Positions 21,014-31,099 are shown, counted from the first letter of the stretch. The stretch: DNA of 64,000 nucleotides from Candidatus Marinacidobacterales bacterium (GCA_965237955.1 OZ250169.1:1152001-1216000), one strand, 5' to 3'. Numbers and translations are program-made. The notes: a model not told the origin generated them from the sequence alone.

Positions 21014-23080
21014 ATGAATCGCCTGGGTCTTCGTGTCGTATTTTGTCTTCTGATGGTCCCCGCCATCTGGGCTTCCGGTGAGGAAGCCGAGGGCCAAAAC
21101 CGCTTCAAACCCATCGACGTCTTCGGGCTGGAGTGGGCCTCCGATCCCCAGATCTCCCCGGATGGCGGGCAAACCGTGTACGTGCGCAACTTCATGGATA
21201 TCATGACCGACCGGCGGCGCTCCAATCTCTGGATCATTAATAATGATGGTACCGACCACCGCCCCCTTACCACCGGGAACCAAAACGACACCTCGCCCCG
21301 CTGGTCTCCGCAGGGCGATCGGATCGCCTACCTGTCAAAGGAAGAGGACGACACCCAGATCTATGCGCGCTGGGTGGACACGGGTCAGACGGCCAAGCTG
21401 ACAAACCTCACACGGGAGCCGAGCGGGCTTTCCTGGTCCGCCGACGGTCGCTACATCGCTTTCTCCATGCTGGTTCCGGAGAAGAAAGAGCCCCTTGCCA
21501 AGATGCCCCCGAAGCCCGAGGGGGCCGAATGGGCCGAGCCCGTGAGGCTCATCGAGAAGATGCTCTACCGCGCCGATGGGCAAGGGTTTCTCGAGGACGG
21601 TTACCAGCAGCTCTTCGTGCTCTCCGCCGACGGCGCAACACCTCGCCAAGTGACGACCGGACACTTCCGTCATCAAGGAACCCCCCGATGGACGCCGGAT
21701 GGGAAGTTCCTCATCTTCTCTGCCAACCGGCACTCGGACTGGGAGCACGATCCCCGAAACTCGGAGATCTACGAGGTCTCGCTCGCCGACGGCACCATCA
21801 AAGCCCTCACCGACCGCCAGGGGCCGGACGGCTCGCCCGCGATCTCTCCCGATGGACGACGGATTGCCTATCTCGGCTACGACGATGTCTATCACTTCTA
21901 TCAAGTGACCCGGCTCTACGTCATGAACCGGGACGGAAGTAACCCCAAGCTCATTAGCGGCGATTTCGATCGCGACGTCCAGCAACCCGTCTGGAGCGCC
22001 GACGGTCGAGGCGTCTTCTTCCAGTACGACGATCAGGGCGTGACCCATCTGGCGCATATCAACCTGGATGGCGAGATCCAAAACCTCACCGGGGATCTGG
22101 GAGGCGTCTCCATCGGACGGCCCTACTCTGGAGGCTCTTTCTCCGTCGCCCATAACGGGAGCTTTGCCTTGACGCACTCGCGACCCGACCGCCCCTCCGA
22201 CGTGGCGGTAGGAAGCCCGAGCGCTTCGAAGGTCACGCGGTTGACGGAGCTGAACGAGGACCTTTTGGGTCACATGGAGCTCGGCGCTATCGAGGAGATC
22301 TCGTATGACTCCTCTTACGACAAGCGCCGCATTCAGGGGTGGATCGTCAAGCCGTCCCGCTTCGACGCGACGAAGAAATATCCCCTCGTCCTCGAAATCC
22401 ACGGGGGTCCGGTGACCAACTACGGTCCCCGTTTTTCGACGGAGGTCCAGCTCTATGCGGCCGCCGGTTACGTGGTCCTTTACACCAACCCGCGCGGCAG
22501 CAGCAGCTACGGAAAGGAGTTCGGAGACCTCATCCACCACAACTATCCCGGTGACGACTTCTACGACCTGATGTCCGGCGTCGACGCCGTCATCGCCAGG
22601 GGCTACGTCGACGAGCAGAACCTCTTCGTCACGGGTGGAAGCGGCGGCGGTGTGCTGACGAGCTGGCTGGTGGGCAGGACCGATCGCTTTCGGGCCGCCG
22701 TGACCGCCAAGCCCGTCATCAACTGGTATAGCTGGGCCCTCACCGCCGACATGTACAACACCGGGTACAAGTACTGGTTTCCCGGCTTCCCCTGGGACCA
22801 CACCGAGCACTACATGAAGCGCTCTCCCCTATCGCTGGTGGGGAACGTGACCACCCCGACCATGGTGCTGACGGGCGAGGTGGACTACCGAACGCCCATG
22901 TCCGAGTCCGAGCAGTACTATCAAGCTCTCCAGCTACGGAAGATCGACACGGCGCTGGTCCGGGTCCCCGGCGCCTCCCACGGCATCGCCGACCGCCCCA
23001 GCAACCTCATCGCCAAAGTCGCCAACATCCTGGCCTGGTTCGAAAGGTATCGGATCGAGAAGGAGGGACAGACCGAGTAA
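21014..23080 (+). CDS. S9 family peptidase (acylaminoacyl/dipeptidyl peptidase)
   Basis: Signal peptide, TolB-like propeller repeats, IHGGP, NPRGS, GGSGGG nucleophile elbow, GEVDYR, SHG. Confidence 0.93.
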   Translation: MNRLGLRVVFCLLMVPAIWASGEEAEGQNRFKPIDVFGLEWASDPQISPDGGQTVYVRNFMDIMTDRRRSNLWIINNDGTDHRPLTTGNQNDTSPRWSPQGDRIAYLSKEEDDTQIYARWVDTGQTAKLTNLTREPSGLSWSADGRYIAFSMLVPEKKEPLAKMPPKPEGAEWAEPVRLIEKMLYRADGQGFLEDGYQQLFVLSADGATPRQVTTGHFRHQGTPRWTPDGKFLIFSANRHSDWEHDPRNSEIYEVSLADGTIKALTDRQGPDGSPAISPDGRRIAYLGYDDVYHFYQVTRLYVMNRDGSNPKLISGDFDRDVQQPVWSADGRGVFFQYDDQGVTHLAHINLDGEIQNLTGDLGGVSIGRPYSGGSFSVAHNGSFALTHSRPDRPSDVAVGSPSASKVTRLTELNEDLLGHMELGAIEEISYDSSYDKRRIQGWIVKPSRFDATKKYPLVLEIHGGPVTNYGPRFSTEVQLYAAAGYVVLYTNPRGSSSYGKEFGDLIHHNYPGDDFYDLMSGVDAVIARGYVDEQNLFVTGGSGGGVLTSWLVGRTDRFRAAVTAKPVINWYSWALTADMYNTGYKYWFPGFPWDHTEHYMKRSPLSLVGNVTTPTMVLTGEVDYRTPMSESEQYYQALQLRKIDTALVRVPGASHGIADRPSNLIAKVANILAWFERYRIEKEGQTE

Positions 23081-23294
23081 GCTGTCGCCGCTGCAACTTC
23101 AAGCGCGCAACCACCCCTTCGGGGTGAGGCCGCCTGCTTTCCCTCTAACCAGTCGGCCGTCTCAGAATCACTGGCTCATCGACGTCGCCAACAAGCCGGC
23201 CACGAATGACGCTAACATCACCACGACGAGGCTGCCGGCGACCCACGCAATCTTCTCTCCCGTCGATTCTTGCTTTTCCGGATCGTCTTCGCCT

Positions 23295-23522
23295 CTAATC
23301 GTCCTTCACACGAAGCTCGGGCGGGAGGCCGATCCCCTCGAAGTCGAAATTCCCGCGATTCAATTCTTCCATTTCGCGTCGTCGCGCTTCTTCGAAAAGA
23401 GGATGCCTTTCTTCTTCATAGCGACAGACCTGACAAATTTGTTCTGTGTTGAAGGAGCTTCCGACGGTTGCAGCGGCCTCATATCCGCAGCGGTCACACT
23501 TCGGAGTGAATGTCATCGCCAT
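23295..23522 (-). CDS. Small CxxC-CxxC protein of phage/MGE type
   Basis: CDRC...SSFNTEQICQVC...HPLFEEARRRE...GNFDFEGIGLP. Confidence 0.6.
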   Translation of the reverse strand: MAMTFTPKCDRCGYEAAATVGSSFNTEQICQVCRYEEERHPLFEEARRREMEELNRGNFDFEGIGLPPELRVKDD

Positions 23523-23758
23523 CCCTCAGCGCTTATCAACGGGCGGAATTCTCTGCTGCTCGCCATGCAACATAAAAGTATCAACTGCGCGTGCCTCTCG
23601 TCCAGATATTCCAAGAGTGACGGCAGCGGCTTCGCTCGCCGCTCCATTCCCCGGGCGTGTGGAGGCATAGTCTCTACCCCTAAAAACAATCCAGGGGTGT
23701 GTTGCATCTCTCTCCTCTCCTCTCTCTCCTTCTCATCCCTCACACCCAAAGATCCTTT

Positions 23759-24170
23759 TCAGGGGTCGGAGCGGTCTTCGCCACGGAAACTATGGAGTTG
23801 ACATAGCGACCACGTCTGATTCGAATGCGAATCGAAATAGACCAACGGCGGAAAGCGGCGACATTTACCGCGCGTGCTCACACCCCGGCTCGAGGTCATC
23901 CGGACGAAGAAGACACATTGGCTGCAATAAGGCTGCTGGGCCGGGGGCGAGAAATCGCCGTCCGACCCCGTCCGCCCGTCCGACCCGCTCGTTCCGCGAG
24001 AAGATCGACCCGCCTGACCTTCAACGTATTCGCCAAGAGCTCCATGTTGTCGATGGCGATATTGCGCTCCCCACGCTTTTCCGCTCGAAGGTCGCAACGC
24101 GCTCGCACCCCGCACCGATCATGGGCCGGTGGACAAAAACACGACAGCCCTTTCCCGCAGCGTAGCTTTG
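23759..24170 (-). pseudogene. Degraded Xre-family HTH regulator followed by a Cys-rich phage-type ORF fragment
   Basis: GERNIAIDNMELLANTLKV..DLL (Xre C-terminus); CSQCVFF...GKCRRFPP. Confidence 0.5.
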
Positions 24171-24226
24171 GGACGATAATAGGGCCACTGACGACCGACA
24201 AATCCAACACTGCTGGAGATTCACTA

Positions 24227-24454
24227 ATGAAACTATTGACTAACGTCCTTGTTTCTCTTCGCAAAGAGCAAGCACACCTGGACCGTCTGCTCGCTCGCGT
24301 GAACCGTGCGATCGACGCCCTGACCGATGCGCCAGCGAAGAAGAAAGTTGCTACGAAGAAGCGCAAGCCGATGTCAGCTGCTGCGAGAAAGGCTGTCTCT
24401 GAGAAGCTCAAGCAGTATTGGGCTGCCAAGAAGACGGCTGGTAGAAAGAAATAA
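24227..24454 (+). CDS. Small basic coiled-coil protein, putative nucleoid-associated protein
   Basis: RBS GGAGA; N-terminal coiled coil, then KKRKPMSAAARKAVSEKLKQYWAAKK. Confidence 0.75.
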   Translation: MKLLTNVLVSLRKEQAHLDRLLARVNRAIDALTDAPAKKKVATKKRKPMSAAARKAVSEKLKQYWAAKKTAGRKK

Positions 24455-24712
24455 ACTTCGAGGGAACACGACACAGCTGGCTTTTCAAACACACGATCAG
24501 CATCTGCACGTCTCCCGCGTTGCAAATGGACGCGCTCGCAGCGCTACGGCAGGGAGAAAACGCGTGGGCGTGAAGCGAGCGCCCTGTTCCGGCACGAAGG
24601 ATTCAACTCGAGGCTCATTGAGCTCCAGGCGGATGGTCAGGTCGAGTACGTCGTGGACGCGGTGGCGATTTTTTTCCACCCCGGGCGGCGTACTCCCTCT
24701 TGGATCGACCAT

Positions 24713-24741
24713 TTGACAACACAAAGCACCGCGTCTACATT
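24713..24741 (+). promoter_or_regulatory. Sigma70-type promoter
   Basis: TTGACA-17 bp-TACATT, conserved upstream of the paralog at 48735. Confidence 0.8.
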
Positions 24742-24770
24742 GCGCAGATGATCGAATAAGGAGAGATTCC

Positions 24771-26024
24771 ATGAGCTTACTGGACCGCCGTAGCTTCCTC
24801 ACGACGACGGCTGCCGGGCTGGCGGCGCTCCCGCCCGCCCGCGGTATGACGCTTCCCGCCGAGGAGGATCCGCTCGGCGTGCGCGCCGATTTTCCCATCA
24901 CCCGGAACATGACGTTTCTCGCCACCTCCTGGATCGGCCCGATGCCGCAGGTGGTGAGAGACGTCGCCGTCGAGTACGTCGACGAAAAGATGCAGTGGGC
25001 AGATACGCGCCTTCGATTAGAGAAAAAAGAGATGACGCGTACCGCGTTTGCCGAGCTCTTCGGCGCCAAGCCCGAGGAGGTGGCGCTTCTCTTTGGGACG
25101 GGCGACGCCGAGAACATCGTCACCCGCGGCCTCGATCTGAAGGCCGGCGACAACGTCGTCATCGACGACCTGCACTTTACTTCGAGCTGGGTCCTGTACC
25201 GTCATCTCGAAAAGGACAAGGGTGTCGAGCTTCGCATCGTTCCCGAGAAGAACGGCAGCGCGCCGCCCGAGGATTTCGAAGCGCGCATCGACGAGAAAAC
25301 TCGCCTCGTTTCCGTGGCGTGGGTGTCGAACCGCAACGGCTATCGACACGACCTCCGCGCACTGGCTGAGCTCGCTCACGCGAATGGTGCCCTCGTGTTT
25401 ACCGACGCCGTCCAAGCCATCGGCACCTTTCCCGCCAACCTCAACGAGCTAGGCGTGGACTTTCTCGTTGCTGGTGCCTACAAGTGGCTGTTCGCCAACT
25501 TCGGTGTGGCGCCGTTTTTCATCCGTGAGGAGCACCTCGATCGCATTCCCCCCGACCGCTACGGCCACGGCTCGATCGCGGAGACGCTCACGAGCAAGGG
25601 CTCCGGCTTACACCGGGTGGGGTTTCCCCGCGAGCTCGGCTTCCGCCACAAGACCACCGTACAGAAGTACGAGCACTCCTCACTCGCCTTCGGCCCGGTC
25701 GCCCAGCTCAACGCCTCCCTCGGCTATCTGAAGAACGTCGGTCTTTCCAAGATCGAAAAGCACGCGGTGGGGCTCGCCCACGAGTTCCGTGAGGGCGCCG
25801 CCAAGTTGGGATACGAGGTGTGGACGCCTGAAGACAACCAGTCACCCATCGTAAGTATCATTCATGGACGAGACCCCGACCATCTGCAACGGCTTCTGAA
25901 GGAAGAATCGATCGTGGTCACCTTCAAGGGGACGAACCGCCCAGTGCTGCGAGTGGCCGTCTCCCTGTTCAACAACCGCGCCGACATCCAGCGAATCCTG
26001 AAGGTGCTCGAAAAAGTCGCTTGA
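24771..26024 (+). CDS. Tat-exported class V PLP-dependent enzyme
   Basis: DRRSFL Tat motif, VRADFP, DAVQAIG, AGAYKWL (PLP Lys), LRVAVSLFNN. Confidence 0.9.
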   Translation: MSLLDRRSFLTTTAAGLAALPPARGMTLPAEEDPLGVRADFPITRNMTFLATSWIGPMPQVVRDVAVEYVDEKMQWADTRLRLEKKEMTRTAFAELFGAKPEEVALLFGTGDAENIVTRGLDLKAGDNVVIDDLHFTSSWVLYRHLEKDKGVELRIVPEKNGSAPPEDFEARIDEKTRLVSVAWVSNRNGYRHDLRALAELAHANGALVFTDAVQAIGTFPANLNELGVDFLVAGAYKWLFANFGVAPFFIREEHLDRIPPDRYGHGSIAETLTSKGSGLHRVGFPRELGFRHKTTVQKYEHSSLAFGPVAQLNASLGYLKNVGLSKIEKHAVGLAHEFREGAAKLGYEVWTPEDNQSPIVSIIHGRDPDHLQRLLKEESIVVTFKGTNRPVLRVAVSLFNNRADIQRILKVLEKVA

Positions 26025-26134
26025 CCGTCGGCGAATCAAAGCGATCAAAGAACGGCTGCTTGTTCAACAGCGAACAGCGCAAGCACCCCAAAATGCGCGC
26101 CTAAGTAACGCCATCACGTCCTTCTGAAAGCTTC

Positions 26135-26929
26135 CTAAGGTTCGTACTGCATTCGCTCTCCGGCGCCTTTTCGTCGAAGCATGATGATTTCCGCCATGAT
26201 GCTAACAGCAATTTCTTCGGGAGACTCGGCGTTCAGCTCGAGTCCAATGGGTGACGTGATCCGAGCGATAGCGTCGTCCGACATGCCGCTGTCCCGCAGT
26301 TTCCCGACGCAGACCTCCCAGCGACGGCGAGAGCCGATCACGCCGATGTAGGCGGCCGACGTTTCCACAAGTGCTGGAAGCCCTTCGATGTCGACGGGCA
26401 TCCCGCGCGTCGTCAGTAAGATGTAGCTGTTCTGATCGACACGCGTGCGGCTCGGAAGCTCGGCGAGCGCACAGTGGATGTGCTCGTCGGCGTTCGGCAC
26501 GGCTTGGGGTGTCGCGAACTCGGGCCGGTCGTCGCTGACGACCACATGGAAGCCGAGCCAATGGGCCAGATGGGCGACGGCCTTCCCGACGTGGCCACCG
26601 CCGGCGATGATGACCTGGGGTTTTGACAGGAGTGGCTCCACGAATACCTCCACCTCACCCCCGCACACCCCGACGTCTCCCTTTTGGACGTCCCGGAATG
26701 CGTAGGACAGTTTGCGGGTCTCACCATCCTTCAGGGCGGCGAGCGCCTCCTTGATGACCCGGCTCTCCATGTCGCCGCCGCCGATGGTCCCGTCGATCCG
26801 GCCGTCGGGATAGATCAGCATCTTGCTCCCGTCGTGGCGCGGCACGGAACCTTGCGAGCGGACAACGGTCGCCAAGGCGACGCGCTCGCCTTTCCGCTCG
26901 ATCTCGGCCAGCGTCTGAAGAATGCTCAT
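26135..26929 (-). CDS. xdhC: XdhC/CoxI family molybdoenzyme accessory protein
   Basis: LATVV..QGSVPR, GTIGGG, CGG, GGGHV, YIGVIGSRRR, SPIGL, PEEIAVSI. Confidence 0.9.
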   Translation of the reverse strand: MSILQTLAEIERKGERVALATVVRSQGSVPRHDGSKMLIYPDGRIDGTIGGGDMESRVIKEALAALKDGETRKLSYAFRDVQKGDVGVCGGEVEVFVEPLLSKPQVIIAGGGHVGKAVAHLAHWLGFHVVVSDDRPEFATPQAVPNADEHIHCALAELPSRTRVDQNSYILLTTRGMPVDIEGLPALVETSAAYIGVIGSRRRWEVCVGKLRDSGMSDDAIARITSPIGLELNAESPEEIAVSIMAEIIMLRRKGAGERMQYEP

Positions 26930-26941
26930 GGTGGGCGTGGC

Positions 26942-27160
26942 TCAGTTCTCGTCTTTGATGGCGATGTTGAAGTCGATGCCGGCGTGCTCCATCTGCGTGC
27001 GCTCCCGAATGAGCTCGAAGATACCAGCGGCATCCTTCGCGGCCACGATGTCCTTGATCACCGGCGGGTAGTGCTCGCGCTGCGCGCTCTGGTTGTTGAA
27101 CGGCCAAACCATGAGGCAGATTTTACAGCCAAAGAGCTCGTAAAAGTAGGGCTCGCACGT
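26942..27160 (-). pseudogene. C-terminal fragment of a 4Fe-4S dicluster protein (QueG/reductive-dehalogenase-like)
   Basis: CEPYFYELFGCKICLMVWPFN, with W at the expected last Cys; no start. Confidence 0.6.
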
Positions 27161-27173
27161 TCCCGACTAGAGG

Positions 27174-28415
27174 TCACCGCTTCCAGGTCCACGTGAGGCG
27201 TTCGCGCTCTTCGTGTCGGAGTTTCTCGAGAGTCGCGCCAGCGCTCGTTACTGTTGCGCTCTCGCCGTCGACTTCGTACCCGAGCGCCGCACCCGAGAAA
27301 GGGTCGGTTGGATCGACATCGACCTCTTGTAGCGATGACGGATAGGCGCCCTCACGAAACGCGATGGAACGAAGCGCAAGCGCCACCCGCGCAAGCTGAC
27401 GCTGGGCGTCGAGGACGTCCCGCTGCTGGGTGTAACACGAGACCGCGGGCAAGATCGCGCGCGCGAGCGAATGGTACAACCGAAACGGCGCCTCGTGTGG
27501 CGGCGTCGCGAACCGCTCATCGCGCTCATGAAACGGGACGAGGTCGTACTCCGCGTAGGCGCTGAGCCTTTCCATGAACACTCGGAAATTCTCGCGAAAC
27601 ATCGGCCTCAGGAGCCATCGGATCGGCCATACCGTCAGCGCCGGGGGAACCGGCGCATCGCGTTGACCACCCCTCTCGAAGTCCCAGTAGATATTCACGA
27701 GCTTCATCTCGCCGATGAGACCGATGTGCCGCTCCGGTCCGCTCGAAGCCGCCGCCACCAAACCCGACCACTGCGCGAGCGTTTCCGCGCTGAGCGTTGA
27801 CGACTCGAGCATCGAAGCGAGTGTCGAGAGATGTTCCTGCTCCACCGCCAGAGCGACGAGCTGGCAGATCAAGATGGGCTCTTGGCTCAAGGAGTGATTG
27901 ATGGCCCAGCCCGCCGCGAGCACGGCGAGTGCGCCGTCCGCATCACCCTCGAGGAAGATGCGGCGCGCGCGAGCCTGGTTGAGACTCGCCAGTTGACGGA
28001 GCTCGAGAAGGGGTGGTAGCTCGGCCTCCAGCAAACGCTCGTAGGCGCGCTCCCAGTCGGTTTCGCCTCGCGTCGCAGCTTCGTCGACAAGCGCGAGCGC
28101 GTCCGCGTGTCGCTCCAGAACTGAGGCGATTTCGACATCCTGCTCCGCGTTGAACCGCCCAACGGTCTCGACCTCGTCCGCTGTCAGGCTCAAAGCATCC
28201 GTTGCGGCGCGTAGCGCATGTGCCTGATTGCGCTCTGGTGGCACTGCGCCAGGCGCGTAAGCGTTGGGGGCGAGCGAGCCCCACCGCGCCTCGATGCGCT
28301 CCAGGGTTCGCACGAGTCGGCGGCCCGTCACGAACGTCAACAGCGAATGGCCGAGAACAAAGACGACGAGGCTGAACAGAAGCCAGCGCGCCAACCGGCG
28401 GCGTCGCGGTATCAT
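27174..28415 (-). CDS. Membrane-anchored helical hypothetical protein
   Basis: N-terminal TM; C-terminal GAYPSSLQEV...DPFSG..LGY...SAG resembles pseudopilin tails; ATGA overlap with upstream gene. Confidence 0.75.
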   Translation of the reverse strand: MIPRRRRLARWLLFSLVVFVLGHSLLTFVTGRRLVRTLERIEARWGSLAPNAYAPGAVPPERNQAHALRAATDALSLTADEVETVGRFNAEQDVEIASVLERHADALALVDEAATRGETDWERAYERLLEAELPPLLELRQLASLNQARARRIFLEGDADGALAVLAAGWAINHSLSQEPILICQLVALAVEQEHLSTLASMLESSTLSAETLAQWSGLVAAASSGPERHIGLIGEMKLVNIYWDFERGGQRDAPVPPALTVWPIRWLLRPMFRENFRVFMERLSAYAEYDLVPFHERDERFATPPHEAPFRLYHSLARAILPAVSCYTQQRDVLDAQRQLARVALALRSIAFREGAYPSSLQEVDVDPTDPFSGAALGYEVDGESATVTSAGATLEKLRHEERERLTWTWKR

Positions 28416-28645
28416 CGCAGGCCTTCCGCCGCGTGCGGATTCAATACCGGGCTTTGTCGCAAGCGCTCGATCATGAGCCAATCCTCGAGCTCGCCGCCCA
28501 GAATCAACAAGAGCACGATCGCGAGGAGCGCGGGCCGGCGGTCGGGCGAAGCACTCGGTAGCTCCATGATGCGATCCCTGACTTCCGGAGACGGCGCCAG
28601 CGGGCGGGCGCTCTTCAAGCGGGCCTCGATATCATCAGTCTTCAT
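28412..28645 (-). CDS. Putative small single-TM anti-sigma factor
   Basis: IEARLKSARPLAPSPEVRDRI followed by a TM; overlaps the sigma gene. Confidence 0.65.
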   Translation of the reverse strand: MKTDDIEARLKSARPLAPSPEVRDRIMELPSASPDRRPALLAIVLLLILGGELEDWLMIERLRQSPVLNPHAAEGLR

Positions 28646-29186
28646 GCGTGGATTCTCCGTCGAGAACAGCCTTCATCTTCTCGAGCGCCAACCGGTACCG
28701 GCTGGCCGCGGTGGCAGAAGGTATCGACAGTGCGCGTCCGATCTCGCGAAACGTCATTCCCGTGATCGCGTGGAGCATCACGATTTCGCGCTGCGTGGGC
28801 TTCAGCCGCCCGAGAGCCTCCTGGACCGACAGCTGCTCGAAGGTGCCGTCGTCGCCCGACGGCGCGGCGAACAAGCGGTCGAAAGCTCCGAGGTCCGCGA
28901 CACGTGATCGCTCGCGGAGCCGGTCGTGCGCTGCGTTGTGCACCATTCGGTGCAGATAGGACCGCGGACGGTAGATCGTGAGCGCTCTGCTCCCAAGGGA
29001 AAGCAGCTTGCCGAACACGCTGTGGACGACGTCCTCGGCGTCTGCCCGCCGCCTCGTCACCGATATCGCATGATGGAACAACTGGGGCCCCATCAGCTCG
29101 TAGAGCTCTCCCACGCTTCCTCGATCTCCTCCTGCCAGACGCCGAAAGAGCCGCCGGAGGTCTCGCTCACACGGAGATTCTGGCAT
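28635..29186 (-). CDS. ECF RNA polymerase sigma-70 factor
   Basis: DAEDVVHSVF (region 2); QREIVML...GMTFREIG..LSIP.ATAASRYRLALEK (region 4). Confidence 0.92.
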   Translation of the reverse strand: MPESPCERDLRRLFRRLAGGDRGSVGELYELMGPQLFHHAISVTRRRADAEDVVHSVFGKLLSLGSRALTIYRPRSYLHRMVHNAAHDRLRERSRVADLGAFDRLFAAPSGDDGTFEQLSVQEALGRLKPTQREIVMLHAITGMTFREIGRALSIPSATAASRYRLALEKMKAVLDGESTHED

Positions 29187-29323
29187 TTAACAACCATAAG
29201 ACGCGCGGGAGAGGTATTTTTGTCAATCGCCATCGTACATTGCTTTTCGGGTGCTTCCGTCATCAAACGAACGGGCGGTTTTACGCTTGAGATCAAGGAG
29301 CGGGACAGGGCAACTCCGCCGCT

Positions 29324-29587
29324 ATGCTCCGTGTTCTCATCATCCTCGTCTCTCTCGGCGCCGGTGCGATCCGGGCGATGTGTAGGCGCCGAGCCGACCT
29401 CGTGATTGAAAACCTGGCCCTTCGGCAGCAGGTTACGGCACTCAAGAAGGAGCGGCCGCGCCCATCGATCCACGACACGGACCGAGCGTTTTGGGTTGCG
29501 CTCCCAAGCTCACGGCCGGGATGGGCGAGCCGGCTGGTCATCGTCAACGCCGACACGGTTGCCCAGTGTAACCCGCTGGTTGTGTAA
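29324..29587 (+). mobile_element. N-terminal remnant of an rve-type integrase/transposase
   Basis: RRRADLVIENLALRQQV..L.K..PRP....DRAFWV.L...W...LVIV..DTV. Confidence 0.75.
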
Positions 29588-29762
29588 TCCCGGCACCGTT
29601 TCGCGTGCGTCGACCCGTTTTCGTCCTCGTCACGGAGCCGCACGGGCCTATCGTCCCGGGCGGATTAATAATGATGATGGATAATTGTCGCGGACTCGAG
29701 ATCTTGCTGATAATATTGACAGGAATAGTCCGAATTACTAGGATGGCGGGCATGGAGCCTGC

Positions 29763-30683
29763 GTGTTGCTTTCTCGCACAACACCTTCCGTCGACCGATC
29801 CGTCTCTCTGCCGGATCTCATAGGGAACACGCCACTTCTACGTCTCGACCGCATTTCTCAACACCTTCCGAACGTCCGCCTGCTCGCTAAAGCCGAGTGG
29901 TTCAACCCCGGTGGCTCGGTGAAGGACCGACCCGCGCTCAGGATGCTCCGGCGCGGCGAAGACGAGGGTGCGCTGACGCCGGGGAAAACGATCCTCGAGG
30001 CCACGAGCGGTAATACCGGCATCTCCTTCGCGATGCTCGGGGCGGCCCTCGGGTATCCGGTGACGGTTTGCCTGCCGGCGAGCGCTAGCGCGGATCGGAA
30101 ACGAATCTTGCGCGCCTATGGCGCCGAGATCATCGAGACGAGCGCGCTCGAAGGCACGGATGGCGCTATCACCGAGGCGAGGCGTCTAAATGAAGCATCG
30201 CCGGGCCACTACTTCTATCCCGATCAGTACGGAAACGACGCGAACTGGCAGGCGCACTATCGCACCACCGCGCACGAGATTTGGGAGCAGACCGGAGGCG
30301 AGGTCACCCACTTCGTGTGCGGTCTCGGCACGAGCGGCACGTTCGTGGGCACGTCACGAAAACTGAAAGAGCTCGCACCCTCGGTGCGTTGTATTTCCGT
30401 GCAGCCGGACGGACCGCTCCATGGACTCGAAGGCTGGAAGCACATGGCGTCGAGCATCGTTCCCGGAATTTACGACCCGGAGATCGCCGATTCTGAAAAG
30501 AGCGTCGCGACCGAAGACGCTTACGCGATGATGGCTCGGCTCGCACGCGAGGAGGGTCTTCTTGTGAGCGCGTCCGCAGCGGGGGCGCTCATCGCTGCGC
30601 TCGAAGTCGCTGAGGGTGCCGAGCAAGGAGTCGTGGTCACCGTTTTTCCGGACAGCAGGGGATTTCATGATACGGCTACCTGA
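29763..30683 (+). CDS. cysM: Cysteine synthase (CysK/CysM family)
   Basis: IGNTPL, NPGGSVKDR (PLP Lys), EATSGNTG, GLGTSGT; start uncertain and C-terminus atypical. Confidence 0.88.
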   Translation: MLLSRTTPSVDRSVSLPDLIGNTPLLRLDRISQHLPNVRLLAKAEWFNPGGSVKDRPALRMLRRGEDEGALTPGKTILEATSGNTGISFAMLGAALGYPVTVCLPASASADRKRILRAYGAEIIETSALEGTDGAITEARRLNEASPGHYFYPDQYGNDANWQAHYRTTAHEIWEQTGGEVTHFVCGLGTSGTFVGTSRKLKELAPSVRCISVQPDGPLHGLEGWKHMASSIVPGIYDPEIADSEKSVATEDAYAMMARLAREEGLLVSASAAGALIAALEVAEGAEQGVVVTVFPDSRGFHDTAT

Positions 30684-31095
30684 GACGGCCATCGAGGCAA
30701 TTCACCGGCACGGTCGCGAAAGCTATCGCGACGAAGCATGCGGTGCGATGTACGGTCGTGTCATTGGCGATAGGGGCGACGTAAGAGACGTCGCGCGCGT
30801 TGCTCCGCTCGAAAACGCGCGAGAGAACGAACGTCACCGCCGGTTCGTGATCACACCGGACACCTACCGGAGGGCCGAGGCCGAGGCCGCGCGAAGCGGG
30901 CTCACGCTTCTAGGTTTCTATCATTCACATCCGGACCATCCCGCGTATCCCTCGGCCTACGACCTCGAGCATGCGTTCCCGTTCTTCTCGTACGTGATCT
31001 TGTCGGTCGAGAACGCGGAGCCCAAAACGATGCGCTCGTTCGTGCTCGCGAACGATAGAAAAGAGTTTCTCGAAGAGAAAGTGGAGAAGGAGTAG
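30667..31095 (+). CDS. mec: JAB/Mov34 (M67) metallopeptidase, Mec-like
   Basis: EACG and GFYHSHPDHPAYPSAYD JAMM motif. Confidence 0.9.
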   Translation: MIRLPETAIEAIHRHGRESYRDEACGAMYGRVIGDRGDVRDVARVAPLENARENERHRRFVITPDTYRRAEAEAARSGLTLLGFYHSHPDHPAYPSAYDLEHAFPFFSYVILSVENAEPKTMRSFVLANDRKEFLEEKVEKE

Positions 31096-31099
31096 AGTC

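Noticed and set aside
21335-22810. Long antisense ORFs (also 10973..11728, 36620..37861, 39860..41068, 48799..49752)
   Set aside because: Shadow frames of high-GC coding genes on the opposite strand with no family motifs
26942-27160. Functional reductive dehalogenase
   Set aside because: Only a short C-terminal fragment remains, with one Fe-S Cys replaced
29093-29643. Minus-strand ORFs upstream of the sigma factor
   Set aside because: They are antisense to the transposase remnant at 29324..29587
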